Part shown: positions 38,407 to 49,053 of the stretch, piece by piece
How positions within the stretch are numbered: the stretch's first letter is position 1
Layout: each line of letters begins with the position of its first letter
Source of the DNA: a virus
Taxonomy: Duplodnaviria; Caudoviricetes
Virus record (IMG/VR): IMGVR_UViG_3300025392_000002
Reading direction: 5' to 3' (one strand)
Length of the DNA stretch: 64,000 nt
Notes under the pieces: generated by a model
What the model was told of the DNA's origin: nothing
Databases searched by the model: none
Seen by the model: the letters and a program-made list of their open reading frames with translations, nothing else
Made by a program: the position numbers and the translations under genes

Positions 38407-39225
38407 TTATTGATTTAAGTATTCAAATACATTAAGCCACTTGCGTTTACCGATAGTTTCTTTTAAGTGAGTTAGGTTAGCCTTAGTCGAATAGCGCATA
38501 CGAGATAGTTCTACTTCTGGAACAGGAACAAATTCTATTTCGACGCCTTCGATTTCGGCAATCTCTTCTGCAATATCCAAAAAGCTGTGTGCTATACCAG
38601 CACCACAGTTCCAAATACCAGACCCTCTGACTTCCTTGATAAAGTCGATATGTAGTCTGCATACGTCTCCTACCCATGTCCAGTCTCGCTTGACGTGTTC
38701 AGCAGTTTCCCAAACAGTTATCTTGCCTTCTTTTACAGCCTGTGTGCGCCATTTAACGATCGCATTGGCTCGCCTACCACGCAGGTGCATGTATTTTCCG
38801 TAAACATTAAAGTACCTGAATCCCTGCACGAAAATGGATTGGGGTTGTTGGAATACCCAACGATCAAATAGATACTTGCTCCAAGCATAAGGAGTTTGTG
38901 GATAACAAGGAGCGTACTCACTAAAGTCTTTTGTGTTGCCATATACTGAACTTGAACTTGCATATTGTAAATTTACTCCATTTTTATTGCACTCATTGAA
39001 TAACCATTGACTGAACTCTAAGTTCTGTTTCATTATAGCTTCAACATCTGTGCAGGTCATATCGGCGATAGCACCCAAGTGTATTACCCAATCATATCCG
39101 CTGATTTCTGGACGTTCAGTAGGATGCCATTCATACCCGTCGATCTGCCAGCCTTCCTCTTGATTGAGCCAAGCCAGCATGTTTTTACCTATAAAGCCTT
39201 CGTGGCCTGTTACTAAGATTCGCAT
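38407..39225 (-). CDS. rfaD: ADP-L-glycero-D-manno-heptose-6-epimerase-like NAD-dependent epimerase
   Basis: TGHEGFIG, HLGA, YASSSSVYG, YAWSK, FRYFNVYG, RDW.WV.D. Confidence 0.8.
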   Translation of the reverse strand: MRILVTGHEGFIGKNMLAWLNQEEGWQIDGYEWHPTERPEISGYDWVIHLGAIADMTCTDVEAIMKQNLEFSQWLFNECNKNGVNLQYASSSSVYGNTKDFSEYAPCYPQTPYAWSKYLFDRWVFQQPQSIFVQGFRYFNVYGKYMHLRGRRANAIVKWRTQAVKEGKITVWETAEHVKRDWTWVGDVCRLHIDFIKEVRGSGIWNCGAGIAHSFLDIAEEIAEIEGVEIEFVPVPEVELSRMRYSTKANLTHLKETIGKRKWLNVFEYLNQ

Positions 39226-39254
39226 GTAGTTATTTACTGCATAAATATATGACT

Positions 39255-39554
39255 ATGAAAATATCTGAACTAATCAGCCCAACGTGCGAGTATTGTGGGC
39301 ATGATCATCCATTAGTCGAACGTGGAAAAGCACCTCGTAGCTTGTGTGTAAGCAGTAAACCTGATGCAGAGTTGGGTGCTAGCCAATTAGCCAGTTGCAA
39401 AAGCCAGGGCTTACGTGCCCGCGATGGAGAAAAAAGTCATTTGATTGGGCATGGTGGTAGTAAGGTTCGTATTACTGTAGGTGGCAAAAAGATTAAAGGC
39501 AAGAAGTATGGTGGGCCACTTCCAGACTTTGGAACACGCAAAGGCCAGAAATGA
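39255..39554 (+). CDS. basic late protein, putative head-packaged
   Basis: MKISELI start after TAAATA. Confidence 0.55.
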   Translation: MKISELISPTCEYCGHDHPLVERGKAPRSLCVSSKPDAELGASQLASCKSQGLRARDGEKSHLIGHGGSKVRITVGGKKIKGKKYGGPLPDFGTRKGQK

Positions 39555-40810
39555 AAATACTTGATATAATTACCGAAGCAGAATTAGAAGGAAAAATCGT
39601 TGTAGTTGGCGATACTATTGCACAAGGTATTGGCAGTGCAATTCCCAAAGCTGTAGTTGTAGCAGGTGCAGGCCTTGATAGTGCTAGTGTTGCTACACAA
39701 GTTATGGCTAACACTGAGAAACTAAAAAATGCTGACCTTGCTATTGTTTCAGCAGGTACTTATGATGTCAAGCCTGGCAATTACAGTTTGTATGATCCAG
39801 ATGCAACAGGAGCCAACTTACGTGCTATTAAAAATGCATTGAAGGCCAAAAAGATTGTTTGGATCAGGGGTTACAATGCTGGAGTAAGTAAAGCTGTTAG
39901 TAAGATTGCCAACATTGACGGCGACAAACAAATTGATTTAAAAAATTATCCTACAGCAGATAAATTAATTCCTAGTAGTTACAGTGATGTAGCAGGCGCG
40001 GCAACTTACGGAATGAAAGCTATTGACAAACCAGTTAGTCCAGATGCCAAGCCTGAAGTTAATGATGACGAAAAGAAAGACGATAAGAAAGATACTACAA
40101 ATACTCAGCCAGGTAAAGTTTATCCATACGATAAAGATATAGAAGATTTACAAAAAGATTTAATTGCATTAGGATATAACGTGGGAACTCATGGTGCTGA
40201 TGGTAAGTTCGGTGATGATACTCGTGCGGCTTTAAGAGACTTTCAAACAATCAATAAATTGCCAGTTACAGGAACACCTGATAAAGCAACTGTAACTTTG
40301 ATAGATCAACATGCAAAAGATCCAGCAAAGTATAAACGACCTGCCAATGCTGGATCTAGCACGTCTGCATCTACCCCAGAACCAGGCGGCGGTGCAAAAA
40401 CTCCAGCAGGTAATGTTAAAGTAGCAAGTCCTGTTAAAGGTGCTATGGAAGTAATGAGTGGTGTAGGTATGCGCGGTGGACGCTTACATCAAGGATTAGA
40501 CATTAAAGCAAGAACTCCAACACCTCTATACTCACCTATAGATGGAACAGTTACTAAAGCAGGTGATGGCTGGGCTGGTAATGGCGGAACTGGTGTTAAG
40601 ATTCAAGGCGGCGGACAAATACATAAGTTTTTCCACTTGTCAAATGTTTCAGTTAGAGAAGGACAGCCAATCAAACAAGGTGACCAGTTTGGCATAAGCG
40701 GCGGAGTCAAAGATGCACCTGGATCAGGAAATTCTCAAGGCCCACATATACATTGGGAAATGTGGATAAACGATAAACCTGTAGACCCTAGACAATACAT
40801 AGGCCAATAA
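39551..40810 (+). CDS. SGNH-like + peptidoglycan-binding + M23 peptidase fusion
   Basis: VVGDTIAQG; LQKDL..LGY..G..GADGKFG..T..AL..FQ; HQGLD, FFHL, GPHIHWE. Confidence 0.85.
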   Translation: MKILDIITEAELEGKIVVVGDTIAQGIGSAIPKAVVVAGAGLDSASVATQVMANTEKLKNADLAIVSAGTYDVKPGNYSLYDPDATGANLRAIKNALKAKKIVWIRGYNAGVSKAVSKIANIDGDKQIDLKNYPTADKLIPSSYSDVAGAATYGMKAIDKPVSPDAKPEVNDDEKKDDKKDTTNTQPGKVYPYDKDIEDLQKDLIALGYNVGTHGADGKFGDDTRAALRDFQTINKLPVTGTPDKATVTLIDQHAKDPAKYKRPANAGSSTSASTPEPGGGAKTPAGNVKVASPVKGAMEVMSGVGMRGGRLHQGLDIKARTPTPLYSPIDGTVTKAGDGWAGNGGTGVKIQGGGQIHKFFHLSNVSVREGQPIKQGDQFGISGGVKDAPGSGNSQGPHIHWEMWINDKPVDPRQYIGQ

Positions 40811-40845
40811 AATCTCTAGTGTATTTCTAATCTGTTAAATACCTC

Positions 40846-41394
40846 ATGAATCTTATAGGTAATTTATTAATCGCTCCCCCCGCAGTAAAAGGAAGTTTCT
40901 GGTATAAGACAGTTGTGTTAATTACAGAACATCATGCCCAAGGCAGTGTAGGTCTAGTAATAAACAAACGTAGTCAATTGTCTATTAGAGACTTTGGTAA
41001 TCAAGTAGGCATACCGCTAGACATACCAGGTTATGTCTATCAAGGTGGCCCAGTAAATCCACACAGCCTTAGTTTTTTGCACAGCAACGATTGGACTTGT
41101 AAAAACACACTACAAGTAAATGAAATGTATAGTATCAGTAGTGCCGATGATATACTACCTAGGCTCAGCATAGGAGATCATCCTAAATACTGGCGATTGT
41201 TTTTAGGATTGTGTGGTTGGGGTCCTACACAGTTGGAAGGCGAAATTAATGGAACGCCTCCTTGGAAAAAGGAAACAAGTTGGTGTACTAGTACAGCTGA
41301 TTTGGATTTAATATTTGAATCGGACAACAAAGAACAATGGTGCAATGCCCTTGATCAAAGTGGCAAGGAATTTGCCCAAAACATATTATTGTAA
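40846..41394 (+). CDS. yqgE: YqgE/AlgH (DUF179) family protein
   Basis: LLIAPP, GLVINK, YQGGPV, GWGPTQLEGE. Confidence 0.85.
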   Translation: MNLIGNLLIAPPAVKGSFWYKTVVLITEHHAQGSVGLVINKRSQLSIRDFGNQVGIPLDIPGYVYQGGPVNPHSLSFLHSNDWTCKNTLQVNEMYSISSADDILPRLSIGDHPKYWRLFLGLCGWGPTQLEGEINGTPPWKKETSWCTSTADLDLIFESDNKEQWCNALDQSGKEFAQNILL

Positions 41395-41477
41395 TAATAG
41401 TTGACGTAAATACAGTATGAGCGTATAATATATACTTCATAAGATGGGTCTGAGTTCATCAAAAAGAGGTAATAAAA

Positions 41478-41996
41478 ATGGCAGATACACTACTGCTAAA
41501 CGCAGACGGCTTGCCTGTTGGGCTAATGCCGTTAAGCACACTAACTTGGCAAGACTCAATACGTTATTTGGTTTTAGATAAAGCCGACGTGTTAATGTGG
41601 CACGATAATTGGATTGTACACTCTGCTACATGGGAAACAGCAATTCCCAGTGTTATGATGTTGCGTGAGTATATGAAACCAAAACACAGTGTTCGCTTTA
41701 GTCGCGGCAATATCTACCTACGAGACAACGGTGAATGTCAGTACTGTGGAATTAAAATTGACCGCAAGGAATCAACCTTGGACCATGTAATTCCTGTTAG
41801 CAAGGGAGGTAAGAGTGTATGGGAAAACTGTACAACTGCCTGCGCACCTTGTAACGCCAGCAAGAGCGACAAACAAAAGGGATGGAAACCAAAAATCAAA
41901 CCTTACAAGCCAGAGTTCTATGAACTAGTAAATAAGAGAAAGAAGCAGGGCTTTGATAACGTGAGGTTTAAAGAATGGCTACAATTCATCCAGTAA
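41478..41996 (+). CDS. HNH endonuclease (McrA-like)
   Basis: RD..ECQYCG, TLDHVIP.SKGG..WEN...AC..CN..K. Confidence 0.9.
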   Translation: MADTLLLNADGLPVGLMPLSTLTWQDSIRYLVLDKADVLMWHDNWIVHSATWETAIPSVMMLREYMKPKHSVRFSRGNIYLRDNGECQYCGIKIDRKESTLDHVIPVSKGGKSVWENCTTACAPCNASKSDKQKGWKPKIKPYKPEFYELVNKRKKQGFDNVRFKEWLQFIQ

Positions 41997-42403
41997 AAAA
42001 AGTATTATGGAACTTGCTTGGCTTTGCTAGTTTAGGTATGGCATATATAGGCGTAATCACTCCAGGTATACCATTTAGTATATTTGTAGTGTTTGCGGCC
42101 TATTGCTTTGCCAAGGTCAATCCAAAGATGCATGCCTGGCTATACAATCACAAACTGTTTGGCCCGTTCCTAACTAATTGGAATGAGAAACGTGTGTTCC
42201 CTTTTAACGGCAAAATCTTCATGGTTCTAATGATGGACAGTAGTCTTGTGATTATGTGGTTTACCACACATAATCTAAAGGCCATTGCATGGACAGCCGC
42301 CACTATGTTTTTAGTAGCTGTATGGGCTTGGCGTTTTCCTAGTACTCCAGCAGAATATGAGCGTCGTAAAGCGGCAGGCGAAAAGATAGGTTGGTTTAAA
42401 TAA
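41975..42403 (+). CDS. ybaN: YbaN/DUF454 inner membrane protein
   Basis: IG...PGIP...F...AAYCF, H.WL..H.LFGP.L.NW. Confidence 0.8.
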   Translation: MATIHPVKKVLWNLLGFASLGMAYIGVITPGIPFSIFVVFAAYCFAKVNPKMHAWLYNHKLFGPFLTNWNEKRVFPFNGKIFMVLMMDSSLVIMWFTTHNLKAIAWTAATMFLVAVWAWRFPSTPAEYERRKAAGEKIGWFK

Positions 42404-42440
42404 TATCATAAATACTAGCACTTAACTAAAAGGTGCTATT

Positions 42441-43262
42441 ATGCAAAAAATCCTATTAGGCTTACTCTTAGCCATTACAAGTGTTACAAGTTTTGCTTGG
42501 ACACAAAGAGCTCCAAATCCACCACAAGCATGCCAACCACACGCTCCCTACGGATTTCCACAAACACAAGGTGTTACACCAATTTGCCGTCAAGCCTATC
42601 TAGTTGGATATGATGCGGCAGCTAAATTGCCTAAATATGTAACATATGAACTATTGCCACAAAACGCACTAGGCTGTGTTGCCCGTACTAACGCATTTGC
42701 CGCAGATCAATCAGTACCAAATGGTGCTACTCCAGCTGACTATGCTGGTACAGGCTACGACAAAGGACACATGAGTCCGGACGGTGACCTAAGTTGGGAT
42801 CCACAAGTTGAGTTTGAAAGTTTTTTGATGACCAACATGTCGCCGCAGGCTGGAAGTTTAAACCGTGGAATTTGGAAGTTGTTGGAAACTTCTGTCCGCG
42901 GATGGTCAGTCCAACGCAATCAGAGCTACACAGTATATGTTGGCGGAGTATATGGCGCTGGTGACAAGACAATTGGTAAGGGTGTAGTTGTACCACATGG
43001 CTTTTACAAAATTGTTATTAATAATGCCACAGGCGAAGTTGCTGGATGGGCGTTTCCACACGTTGCTCCATACCCTAACTTAGGTAATGACTTAACTAAA
43101 TTCCGTCTACCAATCGCACAAATTGAGCAAGCAGGCGGCGTTAAGTTTGCTTTCCCAGCTAATGCTAAAGAACTTGCTCCTGGCGCAGAATGGCCAGTAG
43201 ACTTTGGAGCTCTTACTAATGCTAAACGTGCTAAGTGCGGTGCTAGTGCAAGTGTTGACTGA
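42441..43262 (+). CDS. secreted DNA/RNA non-specific endonuclease (NucA/EndoG)
   Basis: Signal peptide; YDKGHM, F.MTNMSPQ...LNRG.W..LE, VPHGFYK. Confidence 0.9.
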   Translation: MQKILLGLLLAITSVTSFAWTQRAPNPPQACQPHAPYGFPQTQGVTPICRQAYLVGYDAAAKLPKYVTYELLPQNALGCVARTNAFAADQSVPNGATPADYAGTGYDKGHMSPDGDLSWDPQVEFESFLMTNMSPQAGSLNRGIWKLLETSVRGWSVQRNQSYTVYVGGVYGAGDKTIGKGVVVPHGFYKIVINNATGEVAGWAFPHVAPYPNLGNDLTKFRLPIAQIEQAGGVKFAFPANAKELAPGAEWPVDFGALTNAKRAKCGASASVD

Positions 43263-43388
43263 TCCAGACAACAATCCAGATAAATATCCAGTATATCCCG
43301 AAGATGATGGAACAGATCGTCCGAGAAATCCTTACAGCCCTGTATAAAGGGCTAGTAAGGCTAGGATGGGGATTAGCAGGAATTTACT

Positions 43389-45521
43389 ATGAAGAAGAGC
43401 CTTGATTGGACAATAATGGAAGAGTTTGTAGGTCGGTTAACCGATCTATGGGAAGCCGAATCTTGGCGTAACGAATCTGTTATTCCTACAATAGGAAAAA
43501 TAATTCAAAAAACATTGCCTGGTATAGAAACTCCTGGCCAAGTTTCTGCTAGAATCAATAATCTTGCACAATTTAAACGTTTTCTTACTGACAAGGTAAA
43601 AACATACCCTGCAATTGGCGGATCTTTATTACCAAGAGAACTACAGCCAATTGACGGCAAAATTACCTATGTGTTTAATAGGGTCAGAGATAACGATAAA
43701 AACATACTAGGATCTGTAACTATTGATCCTAGTACAAAACAAATAGCCGGAAAAGATTTAACAAGACTTACTCCAGAAGAACAAGAACTAGTTAATAACT
43801 GGATAGAGCGTAATGCATTTTCAAAATCGTATGCGCCTGCAATGCCAATGCCTTCACTGCATGAAAATAGGCATGTATCTCACAATCGCCCTAGTCCACA
43901 GGATCATGAAATTCTAAACTATCACGGTGGCGATCAGCATATCAAACAGTTACTTGCCAAAGCCGGTCAGGAAGTCGGTACTAAACAAAATCACGTTGAA
44001 TTATTAATGGCATTCTTAGCCAAGAAGGAAGAAGAGCATCAGGCCTACATTGAAAAATTAATGAAGGACAATGAAATTCAAAGACACGAAATAGCTCAAT
44101 TAGTAAAAGATATTGACTCCAAAGAAAAACGTTTCCAAGATTTTAATCAACAAGTTACACAAATGCAGAATGTTCCAGTGCAAGCTCAGGCCGCTATGGC
44201 ACAAAGTCATGCCACTGGACAACCGGTCAGCCCTCCACAACAACCTGCTAATCAAAATCAATATCGCCAAGCCGCTGAAAACATTAGTGAGGCTTTAATT
44301 CCAGGTATTTCAAAGTTGATAAGTCATTTTGATGATAAAATCTTACAAGACTTAAAAGTAATGTCTGCAAGAGAATTTGAACACGAGCATAACATGACTC
44401 GTGAAGAGTTCCTTAAACAATTTAATAAACAACAAGCTGATATGTATGCTCAGTTGGATAAAGATCTAGCACCTACTCCACAACCTCCAGTAGGATGGAG
44501 CAAACAAGCCTGTATCAACTATTTTGTTAGTAAAGGTAAAACAGCAGAGCAAGGAGCTATGGCATACGAATCCGGATGGTGGCCAGGCAAACCTAAAAAA
44601 GATACTCCTGTGAAAGAAATTAACATGGGTGCTCTTGTACGTCCTATAGTAAAAAATATGACACGTGGCGAAGAAGAAGTGGCTGCCATGCAAGCCGCTA
44701 AAGATCTAGCACAACAACCACGTAGTGCTATGTCTGATATTGCTACAGGAAAGGGTAACGGAGCAGAACTTAAAACAGATCCGGACTATCGCAGGGAGCA
44801 AAGAAGAATGGCACAACAACGATCAGCACAACAAAAAGTTAACGACAGAGTCAAAGCTGGATACGGCGAAGACGATGATGTTTATCCTTGGATGAAAGAA
44901 TCACTAGAAACATTATCTAGCAGACTAACCAACTTGTGGGAAGATGAAGTATTATCTGAAAAGTGGAGTCAGAAATATAAGAAAAGTATCAACTGTAGTC
45001 ATCCAAAAGGTTTTAGTCAACGTGCTCACTGCCAAGGCAAGAAAAAACACAATGAAAGCCATGAGGTTATGGAAATGGTGTGTGAAGACTGCGGTATGTG
45101 TCAAACACACGGCAATATGAGTTTAAATGAAATTAAAAAAGGTGCTAAAGACAGCAATGGATTTACTAAGTGCTGGCCTGGCAAACATGCAGAAGGTACT
45201 AAGAAAGGTAAGAATGGCGGCCGTGTGCGTAACTGTGTGCCTAACGAAAGCATGTCAGAAGATTGGAACAAGGTCAACCACCACGATAAGACTAATGGAC
45301 TTAGTCAAAAGGCTGTTAATGCTTATCGTCATGAGCATCCAGGTAGTAAACTAAAGACTGCTGTTACAACTAAACCCAGTAAACTCAAAGCAGGTAGCAA
45401 AGATGCTAAACGCCGTAAGAGCTTTTGTGCTCGTATGAGTGGTAACGAAGGACCTATGAAGAAACCTAATGGCGAGCCTACTCCTAAAGCATTAGCATTA
45501 CGTCGCTGGAACTGTGAATGA
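43389..45521 (+). CDS. large modular putative head protein
   Basis: Coiled coil plus short Cys/basic modules (KWSQKYKKSINC, CWPG..GTK, KRRKSFCARM...ALRRWNC) separated by Glu-ending linkers. Confidence 0.6.
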   Translation: MKKSLDWTIMEEFVGRLTDLWEAESWRNESVIPTIGKIIQKTLPGIETPGQVSARINNLAQFKRFLTDKVKTYPAIGGSLLPRELQPIDGKITYVFNRVRDNDKNILGSVTIDPSTKQIAGKDLTRLTPEEQELVNNWIERNAFSKSYAPAMPMPSLHENRHVSHNRPSPQDHEILNYHGGDQHIKQLLAKAGQEVGTKQNHVELLMAFLAKKEEEHQAYIEKLMKDNEIQRHEIAQLVKDIDSKEKRFQDFNQQVTQMQNVPVQAQAAMAQSHATGQPVSPPQQPANQNQYRQAAENISEALIPGISKLISHFDDKILQDLKVMSAREFEHEHNMTREEFLKQFNKQQADMYAQLDKDLAPTPQPPVGWSKQACINYFVSKGKTAEQGAMAYESGWWPGKPKKDTPVKEINMGALVRPIVKNMTRGEEEVAAMQAAKDLAQQPRSAMSDIATGKGNGAELKTDPDYRREQRRMAQQRSAQQKVNDRVKAGYGEDDDVYPWMKESLETLSSRLTNLWEDEVLSEKWSQKYKKSINCSHPKGFSQRAHCQGKKKHNESHEVMEMVCEDCGMCQTHGNMSLNEIKKGAKDSNGFTKCWPGKHAEGTKKGKNGGRVRNCVPNESMSEDWNKVNHHDKTNGLSQKAVNAYRHEHPGSKLKTAVTTKPSKLKAGSKDAKRRKSFCARMSGNEGPMKKPNGEPTPKALALRRWNCE

Positions 45522-46912
45522 GAGCACAAGAATTTCAGCCGCGCAAGCTGGTAATATTTGATATTGATGATACTCTAGTACATACACAGACTAAAGTTCA
45601 TGTAGTCAAAGATGGGCAAGTGATTAAAAGCCTAAATAGTCACGACTTCACACACTATAAACTACAACCTGACGAAGAGTTTGACTTTGGAGACTTTCGT
45701 GATGCACGTGAGTTCTTTACCAATGCCAAACCAATCATACCAATGATCAATCAGCTCAAGCATGACATCAACACTGGTAACAAGGTTGTTATGGTTACTG
45801 CCCGTGCTGATTTTAATGATAGAGAATTATTTTTAGATACATTCCGTAAGTACGGTATTGACATGAGTAAAGTACATGTATACCGCGCAGGCAACTTTGT
45901 AGGCAAAGCCAGTACTGAAGAAAAGAAAAAGATTATCATACGTAATTTGTTGGATAAAGATAATTATTCAAAAGCTATTATGTATGACGATGCTATTCCT
46001 AACTTAGATGCATTTGTTAGTCTTAAAGAAGAATACCCACAAACTAAATTCTATGCTTGGCATGTAAGTTTGAAAGGCGAAGCAACCGAGTATCAACGAA
46101 CTAATGAAAGTATTGGAGACCACGACACTGATGATAGCAGTATCACTCTAGATCCTCACAGAGGCGATTATGAAATACGCAACTATCATAAACTAGACAA
46201 GTATCTATCAGAGCTATGCGCATTAGTTGAACGAGGACAGTCTAGCGGCAAAGACTTTGGTATGGTAGCCGCAGGCATACTTCCACTTAAAGGCAAGTAC
46301 ATGGCACGTCTTAATCGTCTAGGTAAAGATGGCAAACGTATTCATGCTGAACATGCTGTACTACAAGACTTCTTAGCCAAGTATGGTAAAGTACCAGAAG
46401 GTACAGTATTGTTAACTACATTGAGTCCTTGTACTAAACATTTGGAAGAACGCGATGGTCCTAGCTGTAGTAGCCTAGTAGAGAAATATGGTATTAAGAA
46501 AGTCTACTGCGGATACATGGATCCAACACAAGTTGATGATGCTCGCGATTATAATATTATAGAAACCAGTAACGGTAGCATACGTGCTAAGTGCAAAGAG
46601 TTTGCAGATACATTCTTAGACGATGTTGAAGAAAATATGTTACCTGCTAGTGCATTCACAGGCAGTAAGAAGAATAAGTTAGGGCCGGCAGCACACTTAA
46701 AAGCTACAGATGACTATGCTAAAGCCGGTGACTTAGTAGGAGAAAACTTTGCCAACGGAAAGAATCCACAGGACAAAGGAGATAGCAAACGCTATCATGT
46801 GCCAACTAAAGGTAGTGTAACAAGTTTACGTAAGTTTGCCAAAGGACATAGTGGCAGAGCCGCACAGTTAGCGCACTGGATGGCTAATATGAAATCAGGA
46901 CATAAAAAATGA
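45518..46912 (+). CDS. HAD phosphatase + Zn deaminase fusion, putative head-packaged
   Basis: FDIDDTL, VTAR, YDD; HAE...TLSPC...C. Confidence 0.75.
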   Translation: MRAQEFQPRKLVIFDIDDTLVHTQTKVHVVKDGQVIKSLNSHDFTHYKLQPDEEFDFGDFRDAREFFTNAKPIIPMINQLKHDINTGNKVVMVTARADFNDRELFLDTFRKYGIDMSKVHVYRAGNFVGKASTEEKKKIIIRNLLDKDNYSKAIMYDDAIPNLDAFVSLKEEYPQTKFYAWHVSLKGEATEYQRTNESIGDHDTDDSSITLDPHRGDYEIRNYHKLDKYLSELCALVERGQSSGKDFGMVAAGILPLKGKYMARLNRLGKDGKRIHAEHAVLQDFLAKYGKVPEGTVLLTTLSPCTKHLEERDGPSCSSLVEKYGIKKVYCGYMDPTQVDDARDYNIIETSNGSIRAKCKEFADTFLDDVEENMLPASAFTGSKKNKLGPAAHLKATDDYAKAGDLVGENFANGKNPQDKGDSKRYHVPTKGSVTSLRKFAKGHSGRAAQLAHWMANMKSGHKK

Positions 46913-47292
46913 AAAAACTAATAGCAATAGTAGCATTTTTAAGTTTAACAGGTTGTGCCAGTGTTATGGATATGATTCCTAGCGGTTGGGATGCTAACCA
47001 AGCTAAGAGCATAACAGATATACAATTAGAAGTTAGACATTTTGATTGCAAAGCAGATCTAAAGCCACAAGTGGATCAACTAGCTAAGGATGTAGAATGG
47101 TTTGATATCTATGCTAAGACTAAACCTACACGTGACATTGCTAAACTAACTGGCACAATTACAGACACAGTTAAAGAATTACAGGATCGTGTAAACAAAG
47201 GACCAGTTAGTCCATTGTATTGCGATTTGAAAAAGAAGATTATACAACAACAAACTGACATTATTGCCAAATCAGTTCAGGGGAGATTTTAA
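46909..47292 (+). CDS. lipoprotein
   Basis: MKKLIAIVAFLSLTGC lipobox. Confidence 0.7.
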   Translation: MKKLIAIVAFLSLTGCASVMDMIPSGWDANQAKSITDIQLEVRHFDCKADLKPQVDQLAKDVEWFDIYAKTKPTRDIAKLTGTITDTVKELQDRVNKGPVSPLYCDLKKKIIQQQTDIIAKSVQGRF

Positions 47293-47525
47293 TGAGTAAT
47301 GTATTAACTGAAGTAATGAATAGCGGCCAACCATGGGCCGCAGAACGTGCCCAGTATGCTATGCAGGTACATGAAGCTGTTGGCGCAGGACAATTAAGTC
47401 CTAGTGAAGCCAAAGAAATCTTAATGGATTTAATCAGTACAGACAAACTACAGGATGCTGCCGCAGAGCAACAAGCAGTGGCAGCTCTAGTGTTTGGTGT
47501 TGAACAACTAATCAGTTTGTATTAA
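47292..47525 (+). CDS. hypothetical protein
   Basis: Coupled ORF. Confidence 0.55.
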   Translation: MSNVLTEVMNSGQPWAAERAQYAMQVHEAVGAGQLSPSEAKEILMDLISTDKLQDAAAEQQAVAALVFGVEQLISLY

Positions 47526-48711
47526 ACACTTGGACTAGTGCGTTCACTAGATCCTCAATCATACCATCATCGTGAAACGGAGTAGGTGCAAAACGTAACC
47601 GCTCTGTTCCTACAGGTACAGTTGGATAGTTAATAGGCTGTACATAGATACTGTAGTCAGCTAACAATTGATCACTCATAGCTTTAGCACGTTTAGCATC
47701 TCCTACTAGCACAGGAACAATATGACTAGTGCTTGATTCCATTACAGGAATACCAGCCGCTTTCAATCTATGCTTTAGTTTGCGAGCACGTTCCTGATGT
47801 TTATCACGTACTTCATTATGATCCTTTAACCATTTGATAGCGGCCAATGCTCCACTACAGGTTACAGGACTCATGCTGGTTGTAAAGATAAAACCAGCGG
47901 CAACACTACGAATTGCGTCAGCTACAATCTTATCACAAGCAATGTAACCTCCTTGAACTCCAAAGGCCTTTCCCAAGGTTCCGTTGACTATATCAATCTT
48001 GTCTTCAAGCCCAAGTTCCTCTACTTTGCCGCCGCCAGTTTTACCATACAATCCTACAGCGTGTACTTCATCGATGTAGGTAATAGCTTTATATTTTTCA
48101 GCTAGTTTACATATCTCTTTAATATGCCCAACATCACCGTCCATGCTATAAACACTTTCAAATACTACACAAGGGGTGTTACCCTGTGCAAAACTAATTT
48201 TTAGCTTTTGTTCTAGATCTTCTAAGTCGTTGTGATTGAACACGACTTTCTTAGCACGACTATGCTGTATACCTACAATAATTGAGTTATGATTGTTTGC
48301 ATCGCTGATATATTCAATATTAGGAATAATCTTAGCTAAGGCAATCAATGTCCATTCGTTGGCCACATAAGCACTACTAAACAATACAGCTTTTTCTTTC
48401 TTATGTAGTGTGGCAATTTCATGTTCTAAGGCCACATGATAGTGACTAGTACCGCCAATATTACGTGTACCACCTGATCCTGACCCTGTATGATCTAATG
48501 CTGTATGCATAGCTTCTAAGACTACTTTGTTCTGTCCCATGCCCAAGTAATCGTTACTGCACCAGTTTACAATACTTTTAATATTATATGGGCCATACCA
48601 AATAGCCTGTGGAAACTTGCCCGTTTCACGTACAATATCGTTAAACACACGATATTTGCCGTTTTCTTTCATTTCTTCAATTAGTTTTTGGAAGGGTTCT
48701 TTATTGATCAT
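47512..48711 (-). CDS. hemA: 5-aminolevulinate synthase (Shemin pathway)
   Basis: [61 protein letters not shown]. Confidence 0.93.
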   Translation of the reverse strand: MINKEPFQKLIEEMKENGKYRVFNDIVRETGKFPQAIWYGPYNIKSIVNWCSNDYLGMGQNKVVLEAMHTALDHTGSGSGGTRNIGGTSHYHVALEHEIATLHKKEKAVLFSSAYVANEWTLIALAKIIPNIEYISDANNHNSIIVGIQHSRAKKVVFNHNDLEDLEQKLKISFAQGNTPCVVFESVYSMDGDVGHIKEICKLAEKYKAITYIDEVHAVGLYGKTGGGKVEELGLEDKIDIVNGTLGKAFGVQGGYIACDKIVADAIRSVAAGFIFTTSMSPVTCSGALAAIKWLKDHNEVRDKHQERARKLKHRLKAAGIPVMESSTSHIVPVLVGDAKRAKAMSDQLLADYSIYVQPINYPTVPVGTERLRFAPTPFHDDGMIEDLVNALVQVFNTN

Positions 48712-48753
48712 AGTAAGCTATTTAAGCATAAATATCATATCGAGGAACAAATT

Positions 48754-49053
48754 ATGAAGATTGCAGATATTTTACGCCATGTAGCAGATCAAATGGATCA
48801 TGAAGAACAAGCTGGAGAAATGGATCCAGCACATTCAGTACCACAAGAAACTGACGATCCTACTACAATGATTCCTCCATTACAACAAAAGATTGAAATA
48901 CTTAAAAAAGCTGCCGGAGAAGCCAATGCGTTTGATGACGGAGTTGGACATAGCGGCGAGCGTGTAGAACCAGAAGACGAACTAGATCGTATTAGACATA
49001 TTGCAGGACTAACTGTAATGATTGACGGCCCACAGGGCGAGATGGGTGAATAA
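48754..49053 (+). CDS. hypothetical head protein (PPLQQKIEILKK)
   Basis: Start MKIADIL with GAGG RBS; C-terminal ELDRIRHIAG. Confidence 0.6.
   Translation: MKIADILRHVADQMDHEEQAGEMDPAHSVPQETDDPTTMIPPLQQKIEILKKAAGEANAFDDGVGHSGERVEPEDELDRIRHIAGLTVMIDGPQGEMGE

Noticed and set aside
43255-43347. Possible 30-aa ORF (YPVYPEDDG...NPYSPV)
   Set aside because: TTG start without RBS and contains a TAAATA site; cannot be supported from sequence alone
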